In this document: positions 43,331-61,472 of the stretch, piece by piece
Layout of the letters: the number at the start of each line of letters is the position of its first letter
Numbering within the stretch: position 1 is the first letter of the stretch
Origin: the human T2T-CHM13v2.0 reference genome, Homo sapiens
DNA: 64,000 bases
NCBI RefSeq assembly: GCF_009914755.1
Contig: NC_060927.1
Strand: one strand, 5' to 3'
Program-made: the position numbers and the translations under genes
Notes under the pieces: model-generated
Seen by the model: only the letters and a program-made list of their open reading frames with translations
What the model was told of the DNA's origin: nothing
The model's database searches: none

Positions 43331-43927
43331 GGGAGAATTTGTTTGTTTTAAAGTTTCAGGTATATTATATTATCTTATGTATTGCAATATCAATAATTGA
43401 GCCTTCAGTATTATTCCCAATCTGGTCTTCTGCTATTTTCTTGGAATTACTGAGAATTTCTGAGCTTTTCTTCCTCCCTCTATGAATCTTCTTTTCATGC
43501 CATACATGTTAACTTCTATTTACATGATTTAGAAATTTCTTCTCACCCTTTCTCTTCTTTTCCTCCAAACTTCATGCAAGCAAATCCCTTTGACTAGTGA
43601 GCTTTGTTTCTGAAACATTTTTTCTAATCTTCTCAACAGGCATCTCTTGCCTTGTTTATCAGGAATCTGTTATTTTGGTATTGTAAACCAGAGTTGAGAA
43701 GAAAAAATATTGACATCATCTTCTGAGACCCTTTTCACTTGCAGCAGTCTTAATCCTCCAAAGGCACAATTTTTGACTAGAAGAGCCCAGATAGTGCTGG
43801 TACATTAAGCTTCTGCCTGTGACCCTGAGAGCCTTTTGTGGTGGGGATTCAGTGGGAGGCATTGTCTCCTGAGGGAGGGCACAGTGGGCTCATATTCTTG
43901 GAGGAGTTCTCAAGGGCCAATGAGCCC

Positions 43928-45048
43928 TGTGTATTAGTTTGGCTCCTCTGAGAATGTGATGGGACAGAGTCAAGAGTTTAAGAGTTAAAATAAAGGGGGA
44001 GAAAGCAGGCTGGGGCAGGGAAAGATTTCAGACTGTGATGTGAATCTGACAGTGATGAAAGGAAAGTGAGAAGGAAGCAGAACTGGGCAGGGAGAACTTC
44101 GGACCATGCTGCAGATCTAACAGAGTCTCGGCCAAGCCAATGAGAAGATCTAGAGCGAAGACTGCCTATTAGAGGTGTCTAGCAATGATCAGAAATGGCC
44201 AGGCCTACCATCCCTATTTGGCCATTGACTAGGGGCTGCCTGGGAAAAGCATGGCTTGGGCTTGAAAGTTGAGGTAGATCCTGGCAGCTAAATGTTTAGT
44301 CCTTTCTTGAAGGGTCAAGTGGGGCACCTCCATGGCTGCCACAGTCCTCCTGTGTGCCATGTGGTTCTCCTTCCCTGTACACTTTCAGGGAGCAGCTCCT
44401 CTAGGATTCTACTGGGCCCATCTCCCTGAGGAAAATCTTAGAAGAGGAAGGTTAGTGGGATGAACTATATCCCCTATCACTCACAAAACCATCCAGAATG
44501 AGATTTCTCATTGTTAGTAGGGCAGGAGGGATAAGGCCCAGCAGCTCATCTTGTCACCTGCTTTCTTGAATCATGGTCTATAGCAACTGTGTCAGTTGGG
44601 TCCTCCAGGAAGCAGATGCTGAGACACAGTAGGGAGTGTGAGACATTTATTGGGGGTGGGGATGTATGGGTAGGGATGACACCTGTGAAAGACAAGGGAA
44701 GGAAGCAGGACAGAGTGGGGAAGGCTTTAGACCATAATGCAGATATGACATCTGTGAAAAGAAAGAGGGGAAGAAAGTAGAATTGTGAAGGAAGACCATC
44801 AAACTGCAATGCAGATCTGACAGTCTTGGTCGACCCAGTGGAGAATTCTGGATTAAAGATGGTCTGTTAGAAGAGTCCCACATTGGGTAGAAATGACCAC
44901 GCCCAGGCCCCCACCATGCTTAGCTCCTGACTGGAGGCTGCATGGGAAGAGCATGGTCTTGGCATTGCAGCTTCAGGCTGTTAGCTAACTGGATCTTTGC
45001 AGCTGAGCAGCAAGCTCTGCCTTGAAGGGAGACCTCTATGCTGCCATA
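43928..45048 (-). mobile_element. Miniature ERVL provirus: LTR16-type LTRs (45048-44588 and 44343-43928) with ~245 bp internal region
   Basis: both LTRs begin t(g/a)tggcagc..ctt caag on minus strand; PBS-like leader and PPT-like ends between them. Confidence 0.7.
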
Positions 45049-46339
45049 TCTTGCTTGAGCATGCCAACTCAGATTCGACGGCATTAGGGAACCAGGTTTC
45101 ATTCCCTTTCATGACACAGTCTCATATCCTGGCCTGACCATGACTTACAAGGTGACCTATCATCGAGGGGCCTAGAAGTCTAGTTTGAGGTGGAGGAAGG
45201 AAGCCTATGTCTGTAAAATAAAGCATTTCATCCTATGGGGACGTTATCTATCTCTCTAGGATGCTAGGAGAACACGTGCTTCTCAGCACCTGGTGGAGCA
45301 GGATGTGCTGCTACTGCTTCTGTATTCCTGGATCTACCTTCATCCCAAAAGCCCCATGGATACTCTGGTTCCTCTAGGCACTCTTTCTACTTTTCGGCCT
45401 CTTGATAATTATTTTGAATTATCTCTGCCTCTTCGGGATCTTTTTTATTTATTTTTTTTCCAGTATAATTTCTTAAAGACTCTCTGAAAATCCTCTCCCT
45501 TTCTCATGGTAAATTGCAGCACCAGAGAGATAGCAAGGAAATGTTAGTTCTGCGGCTAACATGAATGTTGAGTGATACTGTGTTGGTTTCTGAGACAGCT
45601 GAAAACAGTTATCCATTTCTAATGTGGCAGGACATTCAGCATGGAAGCCTTCAATGAGAGGGTGGGCCGTAGGTAGGCCAGAGGGAGCCCAGCTCATCCT
45701 CAGTTACACATGCAGGGGCCTCACTGTCTCTGAGTAGACAGTAGGTTGGATGTGGTTAAATATTTCATTCTCTGAGTAGAGGGGCCCGGGCAAGACCTCA
45801 TTTACTCCAAGGTCCAAGGGAATGGGACAGATTTAAATGTCTGGAGAATAAGCCATGCTTGTGATTTAGATTGTCTCAATCAGTGGTATTCTCTGTGTTT
45901 ATTTTCCCATTGGTTATGATCCCAGTTTGGAGCTCAGCCGTTTTGGAAAAATCTAGCCTCGTAGAGGCTGTGCTATAGTTTTCAAGGGAAGGACCATTCA
46001 TCTATGTTTTAATTAGAGCCTTTAGGAAGGAGGTGCTCAGTATTAAAGGGGCAAACCATAAAGACAAGTGACTCTCACCAGCACGTTCTCTTTGGTCAAC
46101 CTTGAGGATGGTACATTTTTTACAGGGGTGCTCATCAAATCTTAGTGTTCTGTCTTCTAAGAAGGTGACCACCTTGCATATACACAATAAATATTTGATT
46201 GGAAACTCAAGCAAAAAGAGAAACAGCACCCACGCTCAAGTCCTATAACATCTTCCCCAGAGAGTATGCTTTCTAGGTCTTAATTCCTCTCTCATAAAGA
46301 AATAACTTTTTAGTAATAGTAATGTCTGACACCGGAGTA

Positions 46340-46830
<491 letters not shown>

Positions 46831-47974
46831 CAGGCAGTAAATGAGCGCATGTACACGTAGGAACCCCTAGACTACATTGCCCTTTAAAATATTCATCAAG
46901 CCTCCTTATGGTGTCTCAAGAAATGTTACAGAAAGATTTGAAAGTAGGTGGTTATTTGAAAAAATTTAAGCCAAAGAAGAGTCCTTTTTTAGGTGGGCTC
47001 TCCCAGTTATTTCTCCCCTTGGGAACCAACATTGTCACCATATGCCGGGCCTCTGTACTAAGGGCCTGATTCACTTCACTGCTGACTCTAGGGCTTCTGA
47101 GAAGGCTCTTTTAAGTCTGTAGGTTGGTCTCCCTCTTTCTAAGCAGCCTTGGCCTATTAGCAAAGCAATTAACACCTGGAAAGATCACTTCCCCAGCAGC
47201 ACTCTACAATAATTAGTTGATCTCTTCCCACCTGTTTGCCAAGACTATTCGGTTAGCTTCTTAGTTTAGGAACCTGTGAGAAGCCTTTTAAATTCACTTT
47301 GGTCTTTTTTAAGTTGTTATTTTTTACCCTTAGGAAACAAGCAAAGCAATGAGTGCTTAGTAATAAATTAAGGCAGAACATAATCCATTTTAGAAAGATT
47401 TTTCTACGGGAGATTTTTTTCCAGTTAACCTTCTATCTCCCATTACCCAGGAAATTAAATTAAAAAGAATGTCCAATTCCCTGGGCAAGTTGGTTAATCA
47501 ATATTTCAATGTAAAACAAAGTTAATATTTTTGGCCATTAATTTGATTTTTCTCTAGAGAACATATTCATTTGATTAATATTTTTTCCTTGTAACTCTCT
47601 CACCTTGTGAATCTTTCCAATCTAATATTTCCTTGTTTGAGAATAGTTTGAGAATTCTGCCCTTACTATAAGAAAATGTTCATGGAATTGGTAGATGGGA
47701 TAAATATCACAGAGCTATTCATGGGACCTGGGACTCCACATCATTTTTCTTATCACCTAAAGCAGAGCAGCTTGTCATCTGTGAGGCTCCAGTTTGGGTT
47801 CCAGCACCAGCTGGACACTAGTGATTGGCCATATATTGTGTAATGCGTATTACTTGCCAGCTTTTAGAATTAATTGAACCCAGAATCATGTCCTTTCACC
47901 AGGTTTGTGGATGTCATATATGTAAGATTCATCAAAGCCTGTGGAGCATTTTCTAGGTTCCAGTGAAGCAAGGT

Positions 47975-48150
47975 CCATGTTTCTCAAATCATGGTCCATC
48001 GCCAACAACATCAGATCAACTTAGGGACAGTGTTAAAATGGAAATGCCTCAGCCCCTGGCAGCATTCTCATTCTCTACTGCATGAGAATATTCAGATCAG
48101 GCCCAGACATGGGTGTTTTTAAAATTCTTAAGCACATTGAAGTTTGAGGC
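47975..48150. mobile_element. MER5-like hAT DNA transposon fragment
   Basis: gtttctcaaa...tgttaaaatggaaatgcctcagccc...gaagtttgag. Confidence 0.55.
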
Positions 48151-48183
48151 CCATAAGCTAGCCAAAGTAAATGGTGCAAGTTA

Positions 48184-48517
<334 letters not shown>

Positions 48518-48532
48518 GAATCAGCTGAAGGT

Positions 48533-50450
<1,918 letters not shown>

Positions 50451-50479
50451 TAATCAGCTGAGGCATATCTGATTCAAAA

Positions 50480-50800
50480 CTGCCAAGAGACCAAAACCAA
50501 TGTTTATTGTCTATTATGAGCAGGGCCTGGACTGGTGTTGGGAAGAAAACAACACCTCACAGTAAGCTCCTTCTCCTCATAGACACCAATCCACTGGAAG
50601 ACACAAGCAGGCACACAAATAACTAATATGAGGCAGTGAGGGATATGCGCTCAGAAAAGGAGCAAAGAGGGTCTAAGTGAAGAACGCTGGATTTTTACTA
50701 GGAGAATTCTCAGTGTGGAGAACTGTAAAGCTGAGTCATAGTAAAAAATAGAGCAGATTGTAAACTGACAAAAATAAGATAGGAGAAAGTTATGAGCACG
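50480..50800 (-). mobile_element. L2 fragment
   Basis: aatgtttattgtctattatgagcagggcctggactgg... Confidence 0.45.
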
Positions 50801-51204
50801 GAAAAATATGGTTATTGATCTGGGAGGGTAAGGCAATAGAAGCAAATTCTAAATGTAATGAGATTGAATCAATGGATATGATGCTATTTTTTAAAAAGGC
50901 AAATCAAGTCATTCAGTACTGATTCCTCCCAAGGAAGGGAAATGAACGGATAAATGTATGAAGTTGCGTTGACTTTAGATCCTATTAGCAATTTCTTTAT
51001 GCCTTCCCTACTCCCCCATACAATAGTTCCGTGCTCCGAGAGCTACTGTTGCAAGAAAAGCCAAGTCTTCCATAAGTGGATATGAAGGCTATTATGAGGA
51101 GAAATCACTGTCCTTCCTGGGTGTGAGGGAGTCATTTAGTAGTTAGATCCTAAAGAGGAGGTTGGTATCAAATTAAAACTCTATTTAGAGCATCATGTGT
51201 CTAG

Positions 51205-51376
51205 GATAGTGGTTCTCAAAGCATGGACCCTGAACCAGCTGCAAAGCACCATTTGGGTGCTTGACAAAACTGCAGATTCTGAGGTTTTACTCCAGACCTG
51301 CTGAATTAGAAACTCTCGGGTTGGGCCCAGGAAACCCTCCAGGGGATTCTGATGAACGTTTGAGAAGTTTGAGAGT
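51205..51376. mobile_element. MER5A DNA transposon
   Basis: agtggttctcaaag...gcagattctgagg...ccagacctgctgaattagaaactct...aagtttgagag. Confidence 0.85.
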
Positions 51377-51679
51377 TTGTGAAGATGTCAAAAGTGAATC
51401 CTGTGCTTAACTATTGCAACCTGCTGAAGCTGATAAAGGAATGTCAACTTTTAGTGACCCACCTGCCCTCACAGAGACCCTCACTGGGCCTAACTGAAGA
51501 TTCCCCCATCCGAAGAGCAATGGGTCTTGTTTTAACCAGTCATGTAAGACTTATGGTCTGGGTCTGTCCTCTTCAGAACATTAGTTTTCAGGGCTTAATT
51601 AGCATAACCACCTTGAATCCCCTCCACTTCTACAGCATTTACAAAATTCTGACTTTCCCCCTCAGCAAACTAGTCAGTG

Positions 51680-51830
51680 ATTTTTTTGTTTTGTTTTGTT
51701 TTTGTTTTTTAACTGATGACAGGGTCTTGCTCTGTCACCCAGGCTGAAATGCTGTGTTGTGGTCACTGCTCACTGCAGCCTCCAACTCCTGGCTCATGTG
51801 ATCCTCTCAAGTATCTGGGACTACAGGTGC
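51680..51830 (-). mobile_element. Partial Alu (right arm, J-like)
   Basis: acagggtcttgctctgtcacccaggctg...gggactacagg. Confidence 0.85.
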
Positions 51831-52919
51831 TCTGCTTTCTTTTTTGATGTTAAAGCTCTGGTAGGTAGTCTTTATTTTATTCTTTTACAGACAACAGGCA
51901 GTCAGCAAGTGACTCTAGGATGTCAATTTAGTAAGTTTACTTTTTCATTCCTGGATAAGCACTTTAGAATAATTTCAAGACCTATATTCTCATCCTTTGC
52001 CAACCCAAATTATTGGAAGGCCCTGGGCAAACTACTTAACATCTTGTAGAACTGGTTTACTCATCTGTTAAGAGCAAGCAGGTAATTTTTCCTGTCCCAC
52101 CTCAGTTGACATAATGGCTATGAAGTTACTTAGTAAAGTAGAAAGTGGATACACATTTAAGCATTATGATCATTTTGTGAGCCTTTTTCAAAACTGCGCT
52201 CAACGTCCTTGATTTTTTCCCCTTGTCATCAGAGCACCACAGAGAAAGCCTGCATCCTGGACACGGTCCAGATGCCTCTAGAGGCCTTGCCTCCATTGTT
52301 TTGGAATTACTCTGGGTGAATAGGATAACAGAAAATATTCCAGCCTAGAGGATAATGGATAAAAACATTAAATGAGAAGAGAAATACATTAGAGACTTTC
52401 CATCAGAACTTGGAAATGACATTGTAAATTGGTGTGCAGTTTTACAAGTAAAAATGCTCTAATCCTTGGAACGAGCAACTGACTTATAGTAAATCTTTTG
52501 AGCTTCCCCAAATGGCAAAGCAGTGAAAATTTTCTGCATGCTGGGGGAATCGCATTACCTGAAACAAACATATAGGGCACAGCTGATGTCTAATGTCTAG
52601 ATGTCCTAGGAAATAAAATGTGGCTTCTGGTACATAAGTGGCAATTTATGCTGAATTATTTGCTAAGAGTCAAATTAGTCCCTGCAGTATGTGCAGCATT
52701 TCTGAAGAATTAAAAAATAAACGCTTTCTGCCTAAGTAATATCCTGACTTAAGGCAATTATTACTGTGCTATATCTGATATAGAAATGATCCTGAAACTT
52801 GCCCAGGGCTTGTAGAAATAAGAGGATTTCTCTAATGCATGCTAACACTGAAAAAGAAAGTCGATATCTAGGCTTGGTTTAAAAAAGGCAAGCAGGGAAT
52901 AGGTTTTATGGAGGAGGGA

Positions 52920-53150
52920 AAGTAATTTACCAGGTATCTAGCACTTACTGTGTGCCAGGCACTGGGCTAAATGTTACACATACTGACCTTATCCTCACAA
53001 TAACTCTGTGAATCTCACAGAGATATTATTTCCCTCATTTTAACAGAATAAGACATTGTCATGGCTTAGAGCAGCCAGGTGGCTTCCACAAAGTCATACA
53101 GCACACAGTTTATCACAAGCTGTGATTTAAGCTCAGATGGTGGTGTCTTT
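52920..53150 (-). mobile_element. MIR
   Basis: agcacttactgtgtgccaggcactgggctaaa...cctcacaataactctgtg. Confidence 0.7.
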
Positions 53151-53164
53151 TTTCCTAAACATTG

Positions 53165-53880
<716 letters not shown>

Positions 53881-55683
53881 ATACGGTTACGGTACACTTT
53901 AGTTTGCCCAGCTTATAAGACATCAAGGCTTAGAAATGACTGTCCCCCTACTTTGTTGTGGTGGTTGTTAGTTCTGATTCAAATGAAGTCATTGAACGAC
54001 GGACTCTTTCTGCTTATCCTTCACAGTGTTCTATCTGGATAGCTTTTGGTTCAATGCTTAGAGAGTGTCTCTTCCTCCGGCTTCTGCTCCCTGAGAAAAA
54101 CAAAAGGGTTTTTATGAGCAAAAGCACCTCACTGAGCCATATGTGGTTTCTGAATGATGACATTCAGAGTTCGGTGAATAGTAACAGAACCTGACATTTA
54201 TGTGATGTTCTATAGCTTTACATTGATTACTTTCTATTTAAACATATGTTAGGATCTAGCTGTGCCTACAGAAAAAAATTAGCTGAACATGAAGGTACAG
54301 CAAAGTTATTTTTTAAAAGACTGGTAATGACTGAACTCCTATCAAGACATTTAATAGCTGATAAAAGTCTCACCCCTGAACTATTTCACTAAGCTAATGA
54401 TACTGGTCTGTTTTGGCAGTGCTACCTAACTCCTGTTTTCTGAGTGAATTCACTGCCCATGATTTCAGGAGGATGAAGAAGAAAGAGAAACAGAATATTA
54501 AGCAGAACAGATACAATGAGTATTTTACACATGTTAATTCTGTAAGCACAATTAAAATCTTTGGTGATCAGCAAAGGTCCTAACCTTTTCAGTATAGTCC
54601 TAACATTTTCAAAGGTGTCCTTCTTAAAGGTCTAATGGGAGGCATGGATATGTAACAATTTTTTAAAAATTGGTTTCATCATGTCTTTGCATTTGAATGA
54701 CAAGGCACTTTGGAATAATCATCTTACCTGAAGGTAGTTATTCTATTGTTAGATAATTGTAGTACGTAACACAAGAAAGGAAGATAGAAATGAGTAATAT
54801 TTTAATATCTTTCTATCATTATGAAATTATAAAATGCCCCTTTATGAAATGTCCCTTTAAATCTCTGGCAATACTTCTTGCCTCAGTATCTACTTTAATA
54901 TTAATATAACTACACCAGATTTACTTTGATTAGTGTTAAATGACATTTAACCTTCCATTTTCAACATTTCTCTATTTAATCTGTGACCGTGAAATTGCAT
55001 ACATCTGGGTTTTGTTTTTTTATTCAGTCTGGTCAACTTTGTCTTTTAATTGAATCGTAGACCATTTACATTTAAAATAATTAATTTTAATGGTATAACA
55101 TCTTGCTATTTGTTTTCTATTTGTCCTCTTGTACTTGGTTCCTTTATTTCTCATTTCTTGCCGCCTTCTGGATTATGAAAACGTTATTTAATATTCCATT
55201 TTTCTCTTTCATTTGATTTTCAGTTATACATTCTTCCATAATTCTTACAGTAGTTATGCTAGAGATAACAATATGCGTCCTTCATGTATTAAGTCTAATT
55301 TAAATGAGTACTTTTGGGTTTACCACTTCCTAAATAAGGCAAGTACCTTTCCAGCAGTTTAACTGCATTTACCTCACTCCCACAGTTTGTGCTATTGTTA
55401 CCATGTATTTTATTCCTACGTATGCATTGGTCTTGTTTTAAACAGTCAATATTCTTTTATACTGAACCCCATATTTACGCTTTCCAGTGCTCTCCATTCT
55501 TTCGTGCATGCCTATGCTTCATCTGAGATTCCCCTCCCTTAGTGTCAAGAACTCCCCAGAGTTTTTCTCAGTTCACAGCAGCTGGCATTGCATTCTCTCT
55601 GAAAATATCTTCAGTTAATCTTCATTTTGATGTTTACATCTGTATTGTGGCATGATTTACATGTAATAAATGCACCCACTTTA

Positions 55684-55989
55684 AGTTTTTGTTTTTTGTT
55701 GTTTTGAGACAGTCTCACTCTGTCTCCCAGGCTGCAATGCAGTGGTGGGATCTTGGCTCACTGCAACTTCCGCCTCCTAAGTTCAAGCGATTCTCCCACC
55801 TCAGCCTCCTGAGTAGCTGGGACTACAGGTGTGTGCCACCACACCTGGCTAATTTGTTTTGTATTTTTAGTAGAGATGGGGTTTCATTGCGTTGGACAGA
55901 CTGGTCTCAAACTCATGACCTCAGATGATCCACCCACCTTGACCTCCCAAAGTGCTAGAATTACAGGTGTGAGCCACTGCGCCTGGCCC
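55684..55989 (-). mobile_element. Alu (S-like)
   Basis: Alu consensus; TSD ca(c/t)tttaagttt. Confidence 0.95.
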
Positions 55990-56032
55990 ATTTTAAGTTT
56001 ATAAGTGAATGAGTTGTAGTAAATGTATATAA

Positions 56033-56368
<336 letters not shown>

Positions 56369-59300
56369 TCCAGTTTTAAAACACTTCTATCACCCTCAAA
56401 AATTTCCCTTCTGCCCTTTTGCAGTCCATCCTTTCCCACAGGGAGCCACTGAGCTGCTTCAGGTTGCTATAGTCTTTGCTTTTCTAGAATTTCTTATATA
56501 TGGAATTACACAGTATGTTGTCTTCTGTGACTAGTTCCTTTCGTTTTGCATGATATATTTGAGATTCATCCACATTATTACATGTATCATTAGTCCATTC
56601 ATCTTAATTGCTGAGTCGTATTCCATTACATGGATGTACTATATTTTGATGATCTGTTCATTAGATGGTGGACATTTGCATTGTTAACATTTTTGGCTAT
56701 TATGAATGCTTATGCCATAAATATTCATGGCATACAAGTTTTGTGTGGACATGTTTTTGTTTTTCTTGGGTAAATATCTGGGAGTGAAATTGCCAGCCCA
56801 TATGGTAAGTGTATATTTAACTGTTTAAATAACTGCCAAACTGATTCTCAAAGTGGCTATATCATTTTGTATTGCTGCTAACAATGTGTGACAATTCTAG
56901 TTGCTCCACATTCACCAAGGCTTAGTATTGTCAACCTTTTTAATTTCAGCCCACCTAGCGGGTAAATTGTAGTTATAATTTCCCTAATGACTAAGAATTT
57001 AGGGCATCTTTTCATGTGCTTGTGGGCCATCAATATATCTTCTTTGGTAAAATATCTGTTCAAATCTTTCGTCCAATTTCTCTTTGTAAAGTCTTGAGAA
57101 TTCTTTATATATTCTGAATGCAATTTTTTTGTCAGATATATGTTTTGTTTTGCACATGTTTTCTTTCTGTCTGTGGTTTGTTTGCCCTTTCATTTTCTTT
57201 TCTTTTAAAAACATGTGAATCGTTTTCAAGGTCTTTTCATTTTCTTAAGGCTGTTTTTGGTATTAACATGAAGGATTATATCGAACCATTTTCAAATATT
57301 GAACCAACACTGCAATTACCAGGATAAACTCCTTTGATTGTAGTGCCTATTTTTTTTTAATATATTGCTGGATTCAATTTGCTAACATTTTGCTGGGGTT
57401 TTTGTGTTTCTATTTATGGGCTATATTGGTCTCAAGTTTTCTTGTCTAGTACTATTTTTGTCTGCTTTTTTTATCAGGATAATGCTGGCCTCATAAAGTA
57501 AGTTGGAAAGTATTCCCTCATCTTCTATTTTCTGAAAGAAATTGCGTAGAAACGATGTTATTTCTCCTTTAAACATTTTGCAGATTAGCCAGTGGAACCA
57601 TCTGGGCTTGGGGCTTCCTTTTTTGCAAGACTTTAAACTGTAAATTTAGTCTCTTTAATAGCTATAGTACAATCCAGTTATTTATTTCATTTTGGATGAG
57701 TTTTGTAGTTTGTGAATTTTGAGAAATTAGTCCATTTCATCTAAGTTGTTGAATTTTTGTGTGTAGGGTTTTATTGTTTGTAGTATTCCTTTATTATCAT
57801 TTTCATGTCTACAAGGTCTATAGTCATATTCCATCCTTTATATTCATTTATGATATTGGTAATTTCTCTTTCCCTTATTTTCTCTCTCTCTTGTACTGCC
57901 AGTCTGACTAAATAAAGGCTTATAAGTTTTATTGAGCTTTTGATTTTGTTGATTTTTTTCTATTGGTTTTCAATTTTCAGTTTCATTGATTTTTGCTCTT
58001 ATCTTTATTTTTTTCTTCCTTGTGCTAGGTTTTGGTTTATTTGGCTCATCTTTTTTGGGTTTCTCAAAGTGAAAATTTAGATTATTAATTTGAGAACTTT
58101 CTTCTTAGCTAATATAAGCATTTAATACTATAAATCTCTCTAAGCAATGCTTTCAGTGTATCTAAAAATTTTGATATGTTGTATTTTTCATTCTTGTTCA
58201 GTTCTAGATATTTTCTCATTTTTTACTTTCAGTAGTCAAAAACTTTTTAAGAACTCAAGAGGAGAAGAATAGTCTCTTGTATTTACCTATATATTTACCA
58301 TTTTTGTTGCTCTCTCTTCATTACTAATGTCTCAAGTTTCCTTCTGGTAGCATTTTCCTTCTGTCTGAAGGACTTTCTTTAACAATAATTTTAAAGCAGT
58401 TCTTCTGGCTCTTAGTTTTACTTCATCAGAATTTTTTAAATTTATTTTGCCTGCTTTCTTGAAGGATATTTTTACTGGATATAAAATTGTGGTTTCACAG
58501 TGTTTTTCCTTGTTGCACTAAAATGTTTCACTTCCCTTTGTCTTCTATAGTTACTAACGAGAATTCCACAGCCATTTGAATTGTTGCAGTCTATAAATAA
58601 TGTGTCATTTTCTTCTGGTCAACTTCAGATGAGTTTTGTTGTGGTTGTTGATTTATAAGTTTGCTTACAATGTGTCTGGGCATGGATTTCTTTGAGTTTA
58701 TCCAATTGTAGTTTGCTGAGCTTCTTGAGTCTGTAGATTTATGTCTTTCACCAAATTTGGAGATTTCTAAGCCATTATATCTTTAAATACTTTTTTTTGT
58801 GCTGCTCTCTTTATCCTCCCTTTTTGGAACTCTGACAACATAAATGCTAGATCTTTTGGTATCATCCCACAGATCCCTGACGCTCTATTCATTTTTTAAA
58901 ACAATTCTTCTCTGTTGTTCACTTTGGGTAAATTTTATTGATGTGTCTTCAGGTCATCTAAGTTAGAAAAAAGTGTAAGTTTTATCTGTTGAGCCCACTG
59001 ATCGCTTTCTTTTTCAGTTTTGTGTGTTTTAGTTCTAAATTTTTCATTTATTTCTTCTTTATATCTTCAATTTCTTTGCTGAGACTTTATGATTTTTTTA
59101 CATTTTGAGAGTATCTACTCTTACTTCTTGGAGCATTTTCATAATTGCTACTTTAAAAATCTTTATCAGGTCTAGTAATCTTTTGGTGAACTCTTTAGAG
59201 TTTTCCAAGTATAACATCATAGCATCAGCAAAGAGAGATAACTTGACGTCCTCTTTTCCTATTTGGATGCCTTTTATGTCTTTCTCTTGCCTGATTGTTC

Positions 59301-59760
59301 TGGCTAGGACTTCTAGCACTGTATTGAAAAGAAGTGGTGAGAGTGTACGTCCTTGCCTTTTTCCAGTTCTTAGGAGGAATATTTCCAGCTTTTGCCCATT
59401 CAGTATGATGTTGGCTGTGGGTTTGTCATAGGTAGCTCTTATAATTTTGAGATATATTCCTTTGAAGCCTAATTTGTTGAGGGTTTTTTTAAATATCATG
59501 AAGGGATGTTGGATTTTATTGAACATTTTTCTACATCTATTAAGATGATCATATCATTTTTTAATTTTATTTATGTGGTGAATCACATTTATGGGTCTGT
59601 GTTTGTTTCCTTACATCCCAGGAATAAATTCACTTGATCACAGTGAATTAACTTTTTGATGTGCAAAGTCTTATGATACAAAATCAACATACGAAAATCA
59701 GTAACATTTCTATACACCAGTAATGTTCAAGCTGAGAACCAAATCAAGAACATGATCCAA

Positions 59761-59880
59761 GGCCAGGCACAGTGGCACACACCTGTAATCCCAGCACTTG
59801 GGGAAGCCACAATGGGAGGATCACTTGAGCCTAGGAGTTTGAAATTAGCCTGGGCAACATAACAAGACCCCATCTCTACT
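59761..59880 (+). mobile_element. Alu left monomer (FLAM-like)
   Basis: ggccaggcacagtgg...accccatctctac. Confidence 0.88.
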
Positions 59881-61472
59881 TCTTCTTCTTCTTCTTTTTT
59901 TTTAAAGAATGAAGTTTGATTTACAATGGCCACACACACACACACACACAAATAAAATATCTAGGAATACATCTAACCATGGAGGTGAGAGATCTCTACA
60001 AGGAGAACTACAAAACATTGCTGAAATAAATCATAGATGATACAAACAAATGAAAAGCATTCTATGCTCATGAATTGGAGATCAATATTGTTAAAATGTT
60101 TATACTCCCCAAAGCAGTCTACAGATTCAATGTGTTCCTATCAAATTACCAATGTCATATTTTACAGATTTAGAAAAAACTATTCTGAAATTCATGTGGA
60201 ACCAAAAAACAGCCTGAATAGCCAAGGCAAGCCTAATTTAAAAAATAAAGCCAGAGACATCACATTACCTGACTTCCAACTATACTTCAAGGCTATAGTA
60301 ACCAAAACAGCATGGTACTTGTTAAAAACAAAACAAAACAAACATATAGACAAATGGTATAGAAATAGGGACCCCTGAAATAAAGCCACACACCTACAAC
60401 CAACTTATCTTCAACATGCTTGACAAAAGTAGTGGGCAAAGGATAACCTATTCAATAAATGGTGCTGGGAAAATTGGCTAACCATATGCAGAAGAATGAA
60501 ATTGGATCATTACCTCTCACTGCATACAAAAATTAACTCAAGATGGATTAAAGACTTAAACATAAGACCTCAAACTATAAAAATCCTAGAAGAAAACCTA
60601 GGATAAGACCTCAAACTATAAAAATCCTAGAAGAAAACCTAGGAAATACTCTTCTAGACATCGGCTTAGGCAAAGAATTTATGACTAAATCTTCAAAAGC
60701 AAATGCAACCAAAAAAATGGAAAATTGGGACCTAATTAAACTAGAGAACTTCTGCACAGCAAAATAAATTATCAACAGAGTAAACAACATACAGAATGGA
60801 AGAAAATACTTGCAAACTATGCATCTGAAAAAGGACTAATATCAGAATCTATAAGGAACTCAAATAAATCAGCAGGGAAAAAATAATCCCATTAAAAAAG
60901 TGGGCAGAGAACAAGAACGGATACTTCTTGAAAGAAGACATACAAGTGGCCAACAAATATGAAAAAATGCTCAAATCACTAAGCATCAGTGAGATGCAAA
61001 TCAAAACCACAATGAGATGCTGTCTTAAACCAGTCAGAATGGCTATGATTAAAAAGTCAAAAAATAACAGATGTTGGCCAGGTTGCAGAGAAAATGGAAC
61101 ACTTACACACTGTTGATAGGAATGCAAATTAGTTCAGCCACTGTGGAAAGGAGTTTGGAGATTTCTCAAAGAACTTAAAACAGAACTACCATTCAACCCA
61201 GCAATCCCATTACTGGGTACATACTCAAAGGAATATAAATCGTTCTACCAAAAAGGCATTTGCACTTTTATGCTCATTGCAGTGCTACTTATAATGGCAA
61301 AGACACATAACCTAAGTGTCCATCAATAGTGGGTTGGATAAAGAAAATGTGGTACATATGCACCACGGAATAATGCACACCATAATAAAAAATCAACGTA
61401 TGTCCTTTGCAGCAACATGGATGTAGCTGGAAGCCATTATCCTAAGTGAACTAATGCAGAAATAGAAAACCA

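Noticed and set aside
59098-59526. RT-like 142-aa ORF
   Set aside because: Inverted L1 ORF2 fragment in which the catalytic FADD motif is mutated to FADA.
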